From positions 974 to 64,973 of the forward strand of contig DAOUHB010000003.1 in NCBI GenBank assembly GCA_034428935.1: a stretch of DNA of 64,000 bases, written 5' to 3'. Position numbers and translations under genes: made by a program. Of the stretch, positions 1 through 8,353 are shown one piece after another. This stretch comes from Anaerolineae bacterium (GTDB taxonomy: Bacteria > Chloroflexota > Anaerolineae > JAAYZQ01). Position 1 is the stretch's first letter; every line of letters begins with the position of its first letter. The notes beneath the pieces are model-generated. The model was not told the DNA's origin and searched no databases. It saw nothing but the letters and a program-made list of their open reading frames with translations.

Positions 1-36
1 GGTTTTCGCCCTGGCGCCCTTTGTGTTTTCGGCGGG

Positions 37-756
37 TTAGCGGGCCTGCCTTCTGTGCCAGATGGCCCACGCGAGGATGAGCGCCAGGAGCGCGACCAGG
101 GCCGCGGCGATGACCGGCCAGTTGGTGCTCGCGGGGTGGGGCGGCGGCAGATCCAGGGCTGTGGGCTGAGGGAGTGCGGGCGCCTCTCCCCGGGCGGCCG
201 CCGCCACGGGCACCTGGGCCGCGTTCTCGGGCCCCAACTCTTCCACGCCGGTCTCGATGCCGTTGGCCCGCAGGATATGGGCCGTCACCTGCCAGTACTC
301 TTCCTCGGTCTGGGCACCCGGGTCTTGCCACGGCATACGCTCGCTGATGTAGGCGTGCAGGCTGGCCGCGGTCTCGTAGCGGGCCATGACGCTCTCGCCC
401 ACCACCGGCGGCACGTAGCGCACCAGCTCAAAGCCGTGCTCGGGATGGTTGGCGCCGTGGCACTTGGGCTGCCAGCAGTTCTGGTCGCCCTCCGCCCACG
501 CCGAGCGCCACTCGTCGGTCAGCCCCTGGCCCCGGTCGCCGTGACACGACATGCAGACCAGGTAATAGACCATGGCTCCCAGGTCCGCCTGACCTGGCTC
601 GGCAGGCATCTCTGGGGCCGCCAGCCGGTCCTCGGTCGGAGTGGGCATTTCCTGGGCCAGCGCCGGCGGCGCCACGAGCAGGATAAGCAGCAGCCCCAGG
701 CAGGCTGCCTGCCAGAGCCGGCTCCTGCCGCCATCACCCTTGGTCGTTGCTTTCAT
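37..756 (-). CDS. membrane-anchored c-type cytochrome (signal peptide, CXXCH heme site, C-terminal TM helix)
   Basis: The ORF 37..840 is trimmed to the internal ATG at 754-756 (MKATTKGDGGRSRLWQAACLGLLLILLVAPPALA looks like a signal peptide). It has the heme-binding motif CMSCH, a hydrophobic C-terminal anchor (VIAAALVALLALILAWAIW) and a second Cys pair, CWQPKCH. Confidence 0.75.
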   Translation of the reverse strand: MKATTKGDGGRSRLWQAACLGLLLILLVAPPALAQEMPTPTEDRLAAPEMPAEPGQADLGAMVYYLVCMSCHGDRGQGLTDEWRSAWAEGDQNCWQPKCHGANHPEHGFELVRYVPPVVGESVMARYETAASLHAYISERMPWQDPGAQTEEEYWQVTAHILRANGIETGVEELGPENAAQVPVAAAARGEAPALPQPTALDLPPPHPASTNWPVIAAALVALLALILAWAIWHRRQAR

Positions 757-920
757 GCGTGCCTCGCCTTTCCGTAGCCCGCGCCAGGTGTGGGAGCGCG
801 GCCCTGCCTTGCGTCCTCCGGAGTATAACACCGAGCGCATCCCCTGTCAAAGAGCCGACCTCTTCACCGGCGCGATCCGGCCCGCCTGCGCTTGGGCCGC
901 ACACCGTCCTGCGTCGCGCC

Positions 921-1152
921 GTCCCGACACTTGCGCCTGCGCGCAGTGCAGGTGTGCTCCGGCGTCGGGAGGTGCAGGGGGCACAGGCGTTGGGTCCTCC
1001 TCCCGACACCGTCCGCCGTTCCCGACGCTCCCCCTTCGGGGCCACACCTGCACTGCGCGCACACTTGCCCGCGCTTGTCCCCCTGGCGCTGCCCCGGGCA
1101 AGTGTGCGCGACAGCGTCAGGAGGCAGCGCCAGGGGGCGCAAGTGTCGGGAC
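921..1152. repeat. triple nested perfect inverted-repeat element (outer 17-bp stem enclosing a 19-bp and a 15-bp hairpin)
   Basis: A, gtcccgacacttgcgcc (921-937), pairs with A', ggcgcaagtgtcgggac (1136-1152). B, tgcgcgcagtgcaggtgtg (938-956), pairs with B', cacacctgcactgcgcgca (1043-1061). C, gcgcacacttgcccg (1057-1071), pairs with C', cgggcaagtgtgcgc (1095-1109). All three were checked base by base. Confidence 0.85.
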
Positions 1153-1182
1153 AGTGCGGGACAGGTGCCTGCGAGGGGAGGG

Positions 1183-1229
1183 GAGCCTCACACTCCCCCC
1201 TTCCCGTGTCGGGAAGGGGGATCGGGGGG
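1183..1229. repeat. GC-rich REP-like hairpin element, copy 1
   Basis: The sequence is gagcctcacactccccccttcccgtgtcgggaagggggatcgggggga. It has an internal stem ccccttccc/gggaagggg and resembles the copy at 39848-39895. Confidence 0.5.
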
Positions 1230-1287
1230 ATAGGTGACTTGCCATCCCGCTCCGCTTGTAGTACACTACGCCGCGGGAGATCCGCCT

Positions 1288-2352
1288 GTGGGCAAGAGCT
1301 TTACCCTGCGTCCACTGCGGCCCGACGATGGACCGGCCGTGGAGGCCCTGGAAAAGCAGACGCCCGATACCGGCCTTGTAGGGTTTTACACCCGGTACCA
1401 CCACGACGCCTATGCCACCCGCCTGGCCCTGCAGCCTACCGTCGTGGGCGTGGTGGCAGAGGTTCCGGGGCACGATGGGCTGGCAGGCATGGGGGTCATG
1501 ACCACGGGGCAGTGCATGGTGGATGATCGTGTCGTGCCCTATGCCTACCTCACCGGCCTCAGCGTCCACCCCGACCTGCGCCGCAGAGGCATTGGCAGCG
1601 CCATAGCGGCCTGGCGCCTGGAGACCGCTCGCTCGCTCCTGGGTGATGATGTCGTCGTCTTTGCCGGCATCCAGGGGGGCAACACCGCCTCGCTGCGGAC
1701 GGCGGCCACGTGGATGAGCCAGCGCCTGGACGGCCGCCTGAGGGTGGCCGTGAGCCCGGTGCGCTCCCGCCCACCCCGGCGGGCGGAGGGCTTTGACGTG
1801 CGCCTTGCCCTGGCCCAGGACCTGGAGGAAGTGGCCCGCCGGCAGAACGAATTCTATGCCGGTTTTGACCTCTACCCGCGCAAATCGGCCTCGGATCTCC
1901 AGGAATGGCTGGCGCGGCGGCCCTTTGGCCAGCCCATCAATCGCTACTACCTGGCCACCAACCAGCAAGGTGCCCTCCTGGCCGGCGTGGGCATCACCCT
2001 GGAGGGGATGCTCATTACCAACCAGGTGGTGCGCCTGCCACGGATCCTGCGCCTGGCCAACGCGCTCCTCCGCCTGCTGCCGCCCGACGGGCAGGTCCGG
2101 CGGGCGAACGGCCACTGGCCCTGGTTCCTGGCCGGTCAGGAGTGGGCCGCGGCCCACTTATGGCGGTCGGTGCTCTGGCTCGTGCGCCGGCAAGCCACCC
2201 TGGCCATGCTCTTTTTCGACCGCCTCGGTCCCGTGGCACGTGCCATCTCCACGCCCTGGTACCTGCCCCAGGGCGGCGGCACGCTGGCAGTCTGCAGCCC
2301 CGAGCCCCTGAACCCCGAGCGCCCTCTCTACATAAACAACATGTTCGAGTAA
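1288..2352 (+). CDS. GNAT family N-acetyltransferase
   Basis: ORF 1234..2352. It carries the acetyl-CoA binding motif (VHPDLRRRGIGSAIAAW). The start is placed at GTG 1288, 8 nt after GGGAG; this start is uncertain. Confidence 0.7.
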   Translation: MGKSFTLRPLRPDDGPAVEALEKQTPDTGLVGFYTRYHHDAYATRLALQPTVVGVVAEVPGHDGLAGMGVMTTGQCMVDDRVVPYAYLTGLSVHPDLRRRGIGSAIAAWRLETARSLLGDDVVVFAGIQGGNTASLRTAATWMSQRLDGRLRVAVSPVRSRPPRRAEGFDVRLALAQDLEEVARRQNEFYAGFDLYPRKSASDLQEWLARRPFGQPINRYYLATNQQGALLAGVGITLEGMLITNQVVRLPRILRLANALLRLLPPDGQVRRANGHWPWFLAGQEWAAAHLWRSVLWLVRRQATLAMLFFDRLGPVARAISTPWYLPQGGGTLAVCSPEPLNPERPLYINNMFE

Positions 2353-2406
2353 GCTCCCACCGGTGCGTTGCAACTGCCGCGGCTGCAATGCACCTGGGCT
2401 CGAGTC

Positions 2407-3540
2407 CTAGACGATCCCCGCAGTCCGCAGGCGCACCACGTCGCCCTCGTCGTAGCCCAGCTCGGCCAGGATCCCTGCGGTATGGTGGCCCAGGGACGGC
2501 GCCGCTAGCCCGCCCGGTCCCCGCACGCCCGGCGACAGGCGGACGGGCGATCCCGGCAGGTCGCCGGCGAGCATGCCCAGGGCCTGGACCGGAGCGGAGG
2601 CCAGCGCTTCGCCAAGGGCGAGGACCGGCTCGCAGCAGGCATCCACCCCGGCCAGGGTCTCGACCCACTCCTGGCGGGTCCGCGTGCGGAACAAGGCGCA
2701 TAGGGCGTCGTAGGCCGGCTCGCCTGCCACGGCGGGTGCCATTCCCTGGTCGGCCAGGTCCATGCGTCCCACGGCGCCACAAAAGGCCTGCCAAAACTCG
2801 GGCTCCAGGGCCGCCAGGCTCATATAGCCGCCGTCGGCGGTTTGGTACAGGTTGTAGCTCACTCGGCCGCCCGTCAGGTCGCCCGTACCCCGGGCCACCG
2901 GCTCGCCGGCCAGCAGGCGGGTGACGTCCAGGCGCAGGCAGGCCAGGCTGCTGCCCAGTAGCGAGGCCTCCACCCGCTGCCCGAGGCCCGTCTGCTCCCG
3001 GGCCAGCAGGGCGCCCAGGATGCCGATGGCTGCCCACAGGGCGCCGGTGACGTCGGCCATTTGCGCCCCGGGGATGGCAGGCGGGCCTCCGGCCGGGCCG
3101 GACAGGTCCAGCAGGCCCGCCAGCCCGATAAAGTTCAGATCGTGCCCGGCCCGCGCGCGATAGGGGCCGGCCGGGCCGTAGCCGGTCAGCGAGCAGTAGA
3201 TCAGGCCCTCGTTGGCCCGGGCCAGGGCGTCGTAGCCCAGACCCAGGCGCTCCATCACCCCCGGCCGGAAGCTCTCCAGCAGAACGTCGGCGCCCTCGGC
3301 CAGGCGTAGCAGGATCGACCGCCCTTCCTCGGCCTTCAGGTTCAGCGTCAGGCTCTTCTTGCCGCGGTTGAGCGTGCGAAAGATCAGGCCCTCGCCGGTC
3401 TCCGGGTCGAGGGGCGGGACGGCGCGCACCCAGTCGCCGCCGCCAGGGCGCTCGACCTTGATCACCTCGGCCCCCAGGTCCGCCAGGATGGCGCCGCAGT
3501 ATGGGCCGGGAAAGAGGAGCGACAGGTCCAGGACGCGCAC
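2407..3540 (-). CDS. family III CoA-transferase (CaiB/BaiF/alpha-methylacyl-CoA racemase-like)
   Basis: The N-terminus, MRVLDLSLLFPGPYCGAILADLGAEVIKVERPGGGDWVR, is typical of CoA_transf_3. The protein is 377 aa. Confidence 0.9.
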   Translation of the reverse strand: MRVLDLSLLFPGPYCGAILADLGAEVIKVERPGGGDWVRAVPPLDPETGEGLIFRTLNRGKKSLTLNLKAEEGRSILLRLAEGADVLLESFRPGVMERLGLGYDALARANEGLIYCSLTGYGPAGPYRARAGHDLNFIGLAGLLDLSGPAGGPPAIPGAQMADVTGALWAAIGILGALLAREQTGLGQRVEASLLGSSLACLRLDVTRLLAGEPVARGTGDLTGGRVSYNLYQTADGGYMSLAALEPEFWQAFCGAVGRMDLADQGMAPAVAGEPAYDALCALFRTRTRQEWVETLAGVDACCEPVLALGEALASAPVQALGMLAGDLPGSPVRLSPGVRGPGGLAAPSLGHHTAGILAELGYDEGDVVRLRTAGIV

Positions 3541-3541
3541 C

Positions 3542-4753
3542 TCAGGCTCCTTCGTAGCGCCCGACGATGGTCACGCTGCTGATGTTCATGTGGGGCATGC
3601 CGCCCAGATTGTGGGTCAGGCCGTAGCGCAGATCCTGGCGCTGGCGCTGCCCGGCCCGGCCGTGAAACTGAAGATAGAGCTCATACAGCATGCGCAGCCC
3701 CGAGGCGCCGATGGGATGGCCGAAGCACTTGAGCCCGCCGTCGGGCTGGCAGGGCAAGGGGCCGTCGATGTTGAAAAACCCGTCGAGGATGTCGCGCACT
3801 GCTCCGCCCCGCTCCGAGATGTGCAGGTCCTCCATGGTCACCAGCTCGGTGATGGAGAAGCAGTCGTGCACCTCCATGAGGCTGATCTCGCGCCGCGGGT
3901 CGGTGATGCCGGCCTCCCGGTAGGCCACAGCGCTGCACTTGCTGGTGGTCAAGAAGTGGTCGCCCTCCCAGGCGTTGTAGCCCATCTCCTCGCCGCTGGA
4001 CAGGGCCAGTTGCAAGGCCTTCACCGCCACCGTGTCTGATTTGCCCAGCCCGCGGGCCACGTCGGGCGTGGTGACGATGGCGCACGCCGCCCCGTCGCTC
4101 ACGCCGCAGCAGTCGAACAGCCCCAGGGGATGGGCGACGATGGGCGCGGACATAACCTGGTCGATGGTCACCGCCTTGCGCAGGTGCGCCTTGGGGTTGA
4201 GGACGGCGTTGGCGTGGCTCTTGACCGACACCTGGGCCATGGCTCGCTTCAGATCCGTCTCGGCGATGCCGTGCCTGGCGGCATAGGCCGTGGCCAGTTG
4301 GGCAAAGGCACCCGGGGCGGTGATGTTGGGCATCCACTGCCAGCCGAGGGCGCCGGCCATGGAGCCCCAGTTGGGCAGCCCACCAAAGCCAATGTCCTTG
4401 AGCTTCTCGACCCCCATGGCCAGGGCAACGTCGTAGGCCCCCGAGGCCACGGCGTAACAGGCGCCGCGAAAGGCTTCCGTTCCCGTGGCGCAAAAGTTCT
4501 CTACCCGGGTGACCGGGATCAGGGGCAGCCGCAGCGTCAGCGATAGGGGCAGGGCGCTCTTGCCCACGTTCACCTCTTCCATGCAGCTCCCGAACCAGGC
4601 CGCCTGGATCTCTCCGCGGTCGATGCCCGCGTCCGCGATGGCTTCTTCAAAAGCCTCGACCATCAGTTCCTCGGCGCCGGACTCCCAGCGCTCGCCAAAG
4701 CGCGTGCAGCCCATGCCGACGATCACCACCTTGTCTCGGATTCCGGTAGCCAT
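3542..4753 (-). CDS. SCPx/nsLTP-type thiolase (acetyl-CoA C-acyltransferase-like)
   Basis: The real start is the ATG at 4751-4753 (MATGIRDKVVIVGMGCTRFGERWE). It has the nucleophile loop ENFCATGTEAF and the C-terminal GHPIGASGLRM. The upstream part of ORF 3542..5557 is Arg/Gly-rich non-coding-like read-through. Confidence 0.9.
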   Translation of the reverse strand: MATGIRDKVVIVGMGCTRFGERWESGAEELMVEAFEEAIADAGIDRGEIQAAWFGSCMEEVNVGKSALPLSLTLRLPLIPVTRVENFCATGTEAFRGACYAVASGAYDVALAMGVEKLKDIGFGGLPNWGSMAGALGWQWMPNITAPGAFAQLATAYAARHGIAETDLKRAMAQVSVKSHANAVLNPKAHLRKAVTIDQVMSAPIVAHPLGLFDCCGVSDGAACAIVTTPDVARGLGKSDTVAVKALQLALSSGEEMGYNAWEGDHFLTTSKCSAVAYREAGITDPRREISLMEVHDCFSITELVTMEDLHISERGGAVRDILDGFFNIDGPLPCQPDGGLKCFGHPIGASGLRMLYELYLQFHGRAGQRQRQDLRYGLTHNLGGMPHMNISSVTIVGRYEGA

Positions 4754-4776
4754 GGCCCCCTCCTGTGCGCTTGCAG

Positions 4777-6627
4777 CTAGCGCAGCTTGAACAGCTTTTC
4801 CACGAGCTGCGATTTCAGCATGTCCCCTTCGATCTTGAGCCGGCCGCTGGTGAAGGCCTGCATGGCCGGCAGTTGCCCGGAGGCAAACTGCAAGAAGTCG
4901 CCGGCCGTCATCTTGAGCGTCGTGGTCGGCCGGGGATGCTGCCCCTGCTCCACGACGCACGCCCCATCCTTCACGGCGGCAAACCACTCCCCGCCACCCT
5001 CGCCCGACAGGCTGAACTGGAAGACGGCATCCACCCCGGCCGCGGCCCCCGGCTGGAAGCAGCCGGGCAGGGCCTGGAAAAAGGCCGCGGCGGTGGACAC
5101 CCCCGTCGCTTCGGGCTGTCCCGCGTCCCGGATCTCGGCGGCGCGGCCCGCGCGCTCTTGCTCGCGGGCCTCGTATTCTCGCACAAGGGGCACGGCCTTC
5201 CAGAAATAACCGATGATGCCCCGCTCCCGGTCGACGTGGTGCCGCCGAAAAACCATCCGCGCCGGCATGCCGACCTTGACGTCCGCCAGCTCGCAGTCGG
5301 TGAAATCGGCCATGAGGCGGCCGCCGTCCTCGAACTGCACCATGCCATAGATGGCCGGCGGGTTGGGGCTGACGGCCAGCATGTCGCCGGTAAAGCTCTT
5401 GATCACGGCGGGCCTGTCGGCGAACTCGTAATCCTCCTGCGTGTGCGAGGCGCCGCATTCGGGGTTGACACAGATGTCGGCCTTGGGGAACTGGGGCGTG
5501 CCGCAGGCGGTACAGCGGCCGCCCACCAGCCCCAGGATCATCTTGCGGCTGCGCCACAATGTTGTCAGGGAGGTCTGGTAGGTGCCCTCGGCGCGTATGC
5601 CGGCCTCGGTCTCGATCAGGTCTCTGAACTTCAGGAATTTCATGTACTGGTTGACGGTCTGCTTGTCGGCCAGGGAGCCCTGGACGCCCTTTTTGGCCGG
5701 CAGGTTTCGGATGCCCTCGGTCACGCGGAAGCAGAGGGCGTCGCAGCCCTGCCCAAAGCCGGCCACCACCAGGCGCTGGCCCGGCTCCGCGTCCTGCAAG
5801 GCATGGGCCAGCATGACCAGGGGATGGGCCGCCCCCGTCTCGCCGCAGATCTCGTGGAGGTTGCCCGCGATCTTGTCCGGCCTGGCGCCGATGGCCCGCC
5901 CGATGCCGGCGTGCTCCCGGGCGAAAAAGCAGGGATAGATCACGCGGTCCACATCGTCGATGGCCAGCCCCAGTTTATCCAACAGGCCCTTGATGGCCTC
6001 GGGGATGATCTGCGAGTAGCCCTCATCCCGGATCCAGCGCTCTTCCCAGGTATAGTCGAATTGCTGCCCCGTGGCGCGATAGTGGCTGACGAAATCGCGG
6101 GTCAGCGAGTGGGCCCCTTCGAACTCGGCAATGACCTCGTCGTCGCCGACGAGGAGCGAGGCCGCGCCGTCGCCAAACCACATCTCGTAAAACGAGCCGG
6201 AACGGGTCTCGCGCCTGTCGGCGGCCGTCACCAGCGACCATCTGCCAGAGCGCGCCCCGTCCAGGGCGGCTATCAGGGCGCTGGTCCCGGCCTTGAGGGA
6301 CGAGCTGACGTCGGCGGCGACGATCTCGTCGCGCAGGTTGAGCGCCGTAGCCACGATGCCGGCATTGAGCCGGTCGGCAAAGGGCAGCGTCGTGGACGCC
6401 ACGTAGAGCGCCTCCACCCGTGCCTTGTCCTGTCCGGCCAGGCAGTCGCGGGCGGCCGCCACGGCCATGGTCACGCTGTCTTCGTCCCAGTTGCACATGG
6501 CCCGCTCGCCCTGGGCGAACATGGCCACAGCCGGCGCGAACCAGCCCACTTGCTGGTAGATGCTCATGCGGTCCATGCGCAGCCGTGGAATGTAACCCCC
6601 GTAGGAAACGATGCCGATCATGTCCAT
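4777..6627 (-). CDS. three-domain fusion: HMG-CoA-synthase-like thiolase-fold domain + DUF35 zinc-ribbon/OB-fold + SCP2 sterol-carrier domain
   Basis: The N-terminus (IGIVSYGGYIPRLRMDR...WDEDSVTMAVAAA) is HMGCS-like. The middle (GRCTACGTPQFPKADICVNPECG...KVGMPARMVFRR) is DUF35-like. The C-terminus (FQFSLSGEGGGEWFAAVKDG...FTSGRLKIEGDMLKSQLVEKLF) is SCP2-like. The start is at ATG 6625-6627 or 6619-6621, after GGGGGAGG. Confidence 0.85.
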   Translation of the reverse strand: MDMIGIVSYGGYIPRLRMDRMSIYQQVGWFAPAVAMFAQGERAMCNWDEDSVTMAVAAARDCLAGQDKARVEALYVASTTLPFADRLNAGIVATALNLRDEIVAADVSSSLKAGTSALIAALDGARSGRWSLVTAADRRETRSGSFYEMWFGDGAASLLVGDDEVIAEFEGAHSLTRDFVSHYRATGQQFDYTWEERWIRDEGYSQIIPEAIKGLLDKLGLAIDDVDRVIYPCFFAREHAGIGRAIGARPDKIAGNLHEICGETGAAHPLVMLAHALQDAEPGQRLVVAGFGQGCDALCFRVTEGIRNLPAKKGVQGSLADKQTVNQYMKFLKFRDLIETEAGIRAEGTYQTSLTTLWRSRKMILGLVGGRCTACGTPQFPKADICVNPECGASHTQEDYEFADRPAVIKSFTGDMLAVSPNPPAIYGMVQFEDGGRLMADFTDCELADVKVGMPARMVFRRHHVDRERGIIGYFWKAVPLVREYEAREQERAGRAAEIRDAGQPEATGVSTAAAFFQALPGCFQPGAAAGVDAVFQFSLSGEGGGEWFAAVKDGACVVEQGQHPRPTTTLKMTAGDFLQFASGQLPAMQAFTSGRLKIEGDMLKSQLVEKLFKLR

Positions 6628-6705
6628 CCTCCCCCTCGTGATGCACATGCGCGCACAATCCGGGCGGATTGTGGCACGTCCTTGCCGCTTGCCAGGTTGC
6701 AGTTC

Positions 6706-7590
6706 CTAGAATGCCCGGCGTTGTGCCTCCTCGCGGCTGACCCACTCCACGATGCCGCGGTCCATGACCGCCTTGTCCTTTTCCACGTCGATTGTCCGCC
6801 AGAAGGCCCGGGACACGCCCTCGCCGCCGTCCTCGGCCTTCCAGATCTGGGTCTTGATGGGCCGCCCCGGATAGAGGGGCCGGCTGAAGCGGTTGCGGAG
6901 GCGCACCAGGCGCTCCGGCTCGCCGGGGAACAGGTGCTTGACCACGGCCCGGCAGGCAAAGCCCAGGGTGCACAGGCCGTGCATGATGGGCCCTTCGAAG
7001 CCGCTGCTCCGGGCGAATTCGGCGTCGACGTGCAGGGCAAAGGTGTCGCCCGACAACCGGTAGATCAGCGGCTGGTCGGGCGACGGATGGGCCATCTCCT
7101 CAAAGTCAGGCTCGCCCTCCGGCATCTCGAAGGCCTCCCGGGGCCCCGGGTCGCCGCCGAACCCGCCGTCCAGCCGGGCGAAGAGGGTCACGACGTTGGT
7201 ATAGAGCTTGTGGCCGTCCTCGTGGTCGGTCTCGACCTCGCCGACCACCAGGGCCCCTTTTCCAGGGCCCTTGTCATAGATCGCGCAAATCCGCCCCTCG
7301 CTGAGCAGCCGGGCGCCCCCGGCCGGGATGGGGCTGTGCACGATGAGCTCGTGCTCGCCGTGGACGATGCCCGCCAGGTTGACTCCCGAGGCGGCGAAAA
7401 AATCGGTCAAGAAATCGTAGGTGCTGAGGGTGGCAAACGTGGGGATTGCCTTGAGGCGTTCTTCGTAAACGTACTCCAGCTCGTCAAAGCCGGCGCCGAC
7501 ACCCAGGCCGTAGAGTGCGAGGTCCTTCCAGGTGTACTCGCTCTGCACCGGCCCGATCGTTTTGCCCACCGCGTCCAGGTTCAGACCCAT
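6706..7590 (-). CDS. MaoC-like (R)-specific enoyl-CoA hydratase, double hot-dog
   Basis: The protein is 294 aa, MGLNLDAVGKTIGPVQSEYTWKDLALYGLGVGAG...IMHGLCTLGFACRAVV. This is the hydratase-2 type fold pattern. Confidence 0.88.
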   Translation of the reverse strand: MGLNLDAVGKTIGPVQSEYTWKDLALYGLGVGAGFDELEYVYEERLKAIPTFATLSTYDFLTDFFAASGVNLAGIVHGEHELIVHSPIPAGGARLLSEGRICAIYDKGPGKGALVVGEVETDHEDGHKLYTNVVTLFARLDGGFGGDPGPREAFEMPEGEPDFEEMAHPSPDQPLIYRLSGDTFALHVDAEFARSSGFEGPIMHGLCTLGFACRAVVKHLFPGEPERLVRLRNRFSRPLYPGRPIKTQIWKAEDGGEGVSRAFWRTIDVEKDKAVMDRGIVEWVSREEAQRRAF

Positions 7591-7707
7591 CGATAGGTCA
7601 CTCCTTTCCTCCTTGCGCCTGGCTCAACGCGTTGCCCCCCCGCCCGTCCATGCCGGCGGGTCCTTCACATGGCTGGAACCTCCCTATCTCTCTGTCTTGG
7701 AGCCCGG

Positions 7708-8319
7708 TCACAGCTCCTGCCAGCTACCGCTCTCGGCGTCAAAGCGCTCAAAGGCGCCGTTCTCCAGGTGATACACCCAGCCGTGGAGGACCAGCCTGCC
7801 CTCGCGCTCGGCCTCGCGGACGGGGTCGTAGGAGCGCAGGTTCTCCAACTGGAGCAGGACGTTTTCTCGAACCGTGGCCAGGTGCTGCTCCTCGGCGGGC
7901 AGGCTGCTGGCCTGGACCCTGGTTTGGGCCGGGCGCGCGTTTTCGATCCAACGGGCGATGTGGGGCTCGCGGCTCCAGTCGGGCGGGTGGTCCAGGGCCT
8001 TGATGCCGCCGCAGTCCGTGTGGCCGCAGACCACCAGGTGCTCCACGTGCAGGTGCAACACGGCATACTCGACCGCGGCGCCCGGCCCTACCTCGCCCAG
8101 GCCAAAGGGCGGGACGATGTTGGCCACGTTGCGCAAGACGAACAGGTCGCCCGGCTCGGCGCCGGTGATCAGCTCGGGCACCACGCGCGAGTCGGAGCAG
8201 CCGATGAACATCACCTTGGGCGCCTGGCCGCGGGTAGCCAGGGTCTCGTACAGCGCCCGATTTTGTTGAAAGACCTCGGGGAACCGGCGTGCGCCGGCCA
8301 GAATCTTGTCCGTAGGCAT
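7708..8319 (-). CDS. beta-class carbonic anhydrase
   Basis: Zinc ligand motifs are present: FIGCSDSRVVPE and VCGHTDCGGIKAL. Confidence 0.9.
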   Translation of the reverse strand: MPTDKILAGARRFPEVFQQNRALYETLATRGQAPKVMFIGCSDSRVVPELITGAEPGDLFVLRNVANIVPPFGLGEVGPGAAVEYAVLHLHVEHLVVCGHTDCGGIKALDHPPDWSREPHIARWIENARPAQTRVQASSLPAEEQHLATVRENVLLQLENLRSYDPVREAEREGRLVLHGWVYHLENGAFERFDAESGSWQEL

Positions 8320-8353
8320 CCCTTCTCCTCCTTCTAGCTAGCTGCCCCACCCC

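Noticed and set aside
37-756. A second heme-binding site (CWQPKCH) that would make the cytochrome diheme.
   Set aside because: The spacing is CX4CH, not the canonical CXXCH. It could equally be a structural disulfide. Only one heme site is claimed.
4754-5557. The N-terminal 268-aa extension of the thiolase ORF (3542..5557).
   Set aside because: The extension is low-complexity and overlaps the 3' end of the HMGCS-like/DUF35/SCP2 gene. A canonical thiolase N-terminus starts at the ATG at 4751-4753.
4765-7596. Very long ORFs running antisense to, or out of frame with, recognisable genes. Examples: 4765..7596 (+, 943 aa), 16826..19243 (-, 805 aa), 33536..35734 (-, 732 aa), 15085..16494 (-, 469 aa), 20197..21678 (+, 493 aa), 40077..41543 (-, 488 aa), 43105..44322 (-, 405 aa), 53954..55075 (+).
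   Set aside because: These are typical shadow ORFs of high-GC DNA. Their translations are Arg/Gly/Ala/Pro-rich with no recognisable motifs, and each overlaps a gene with clear family signatures on the other strand or in another frame.
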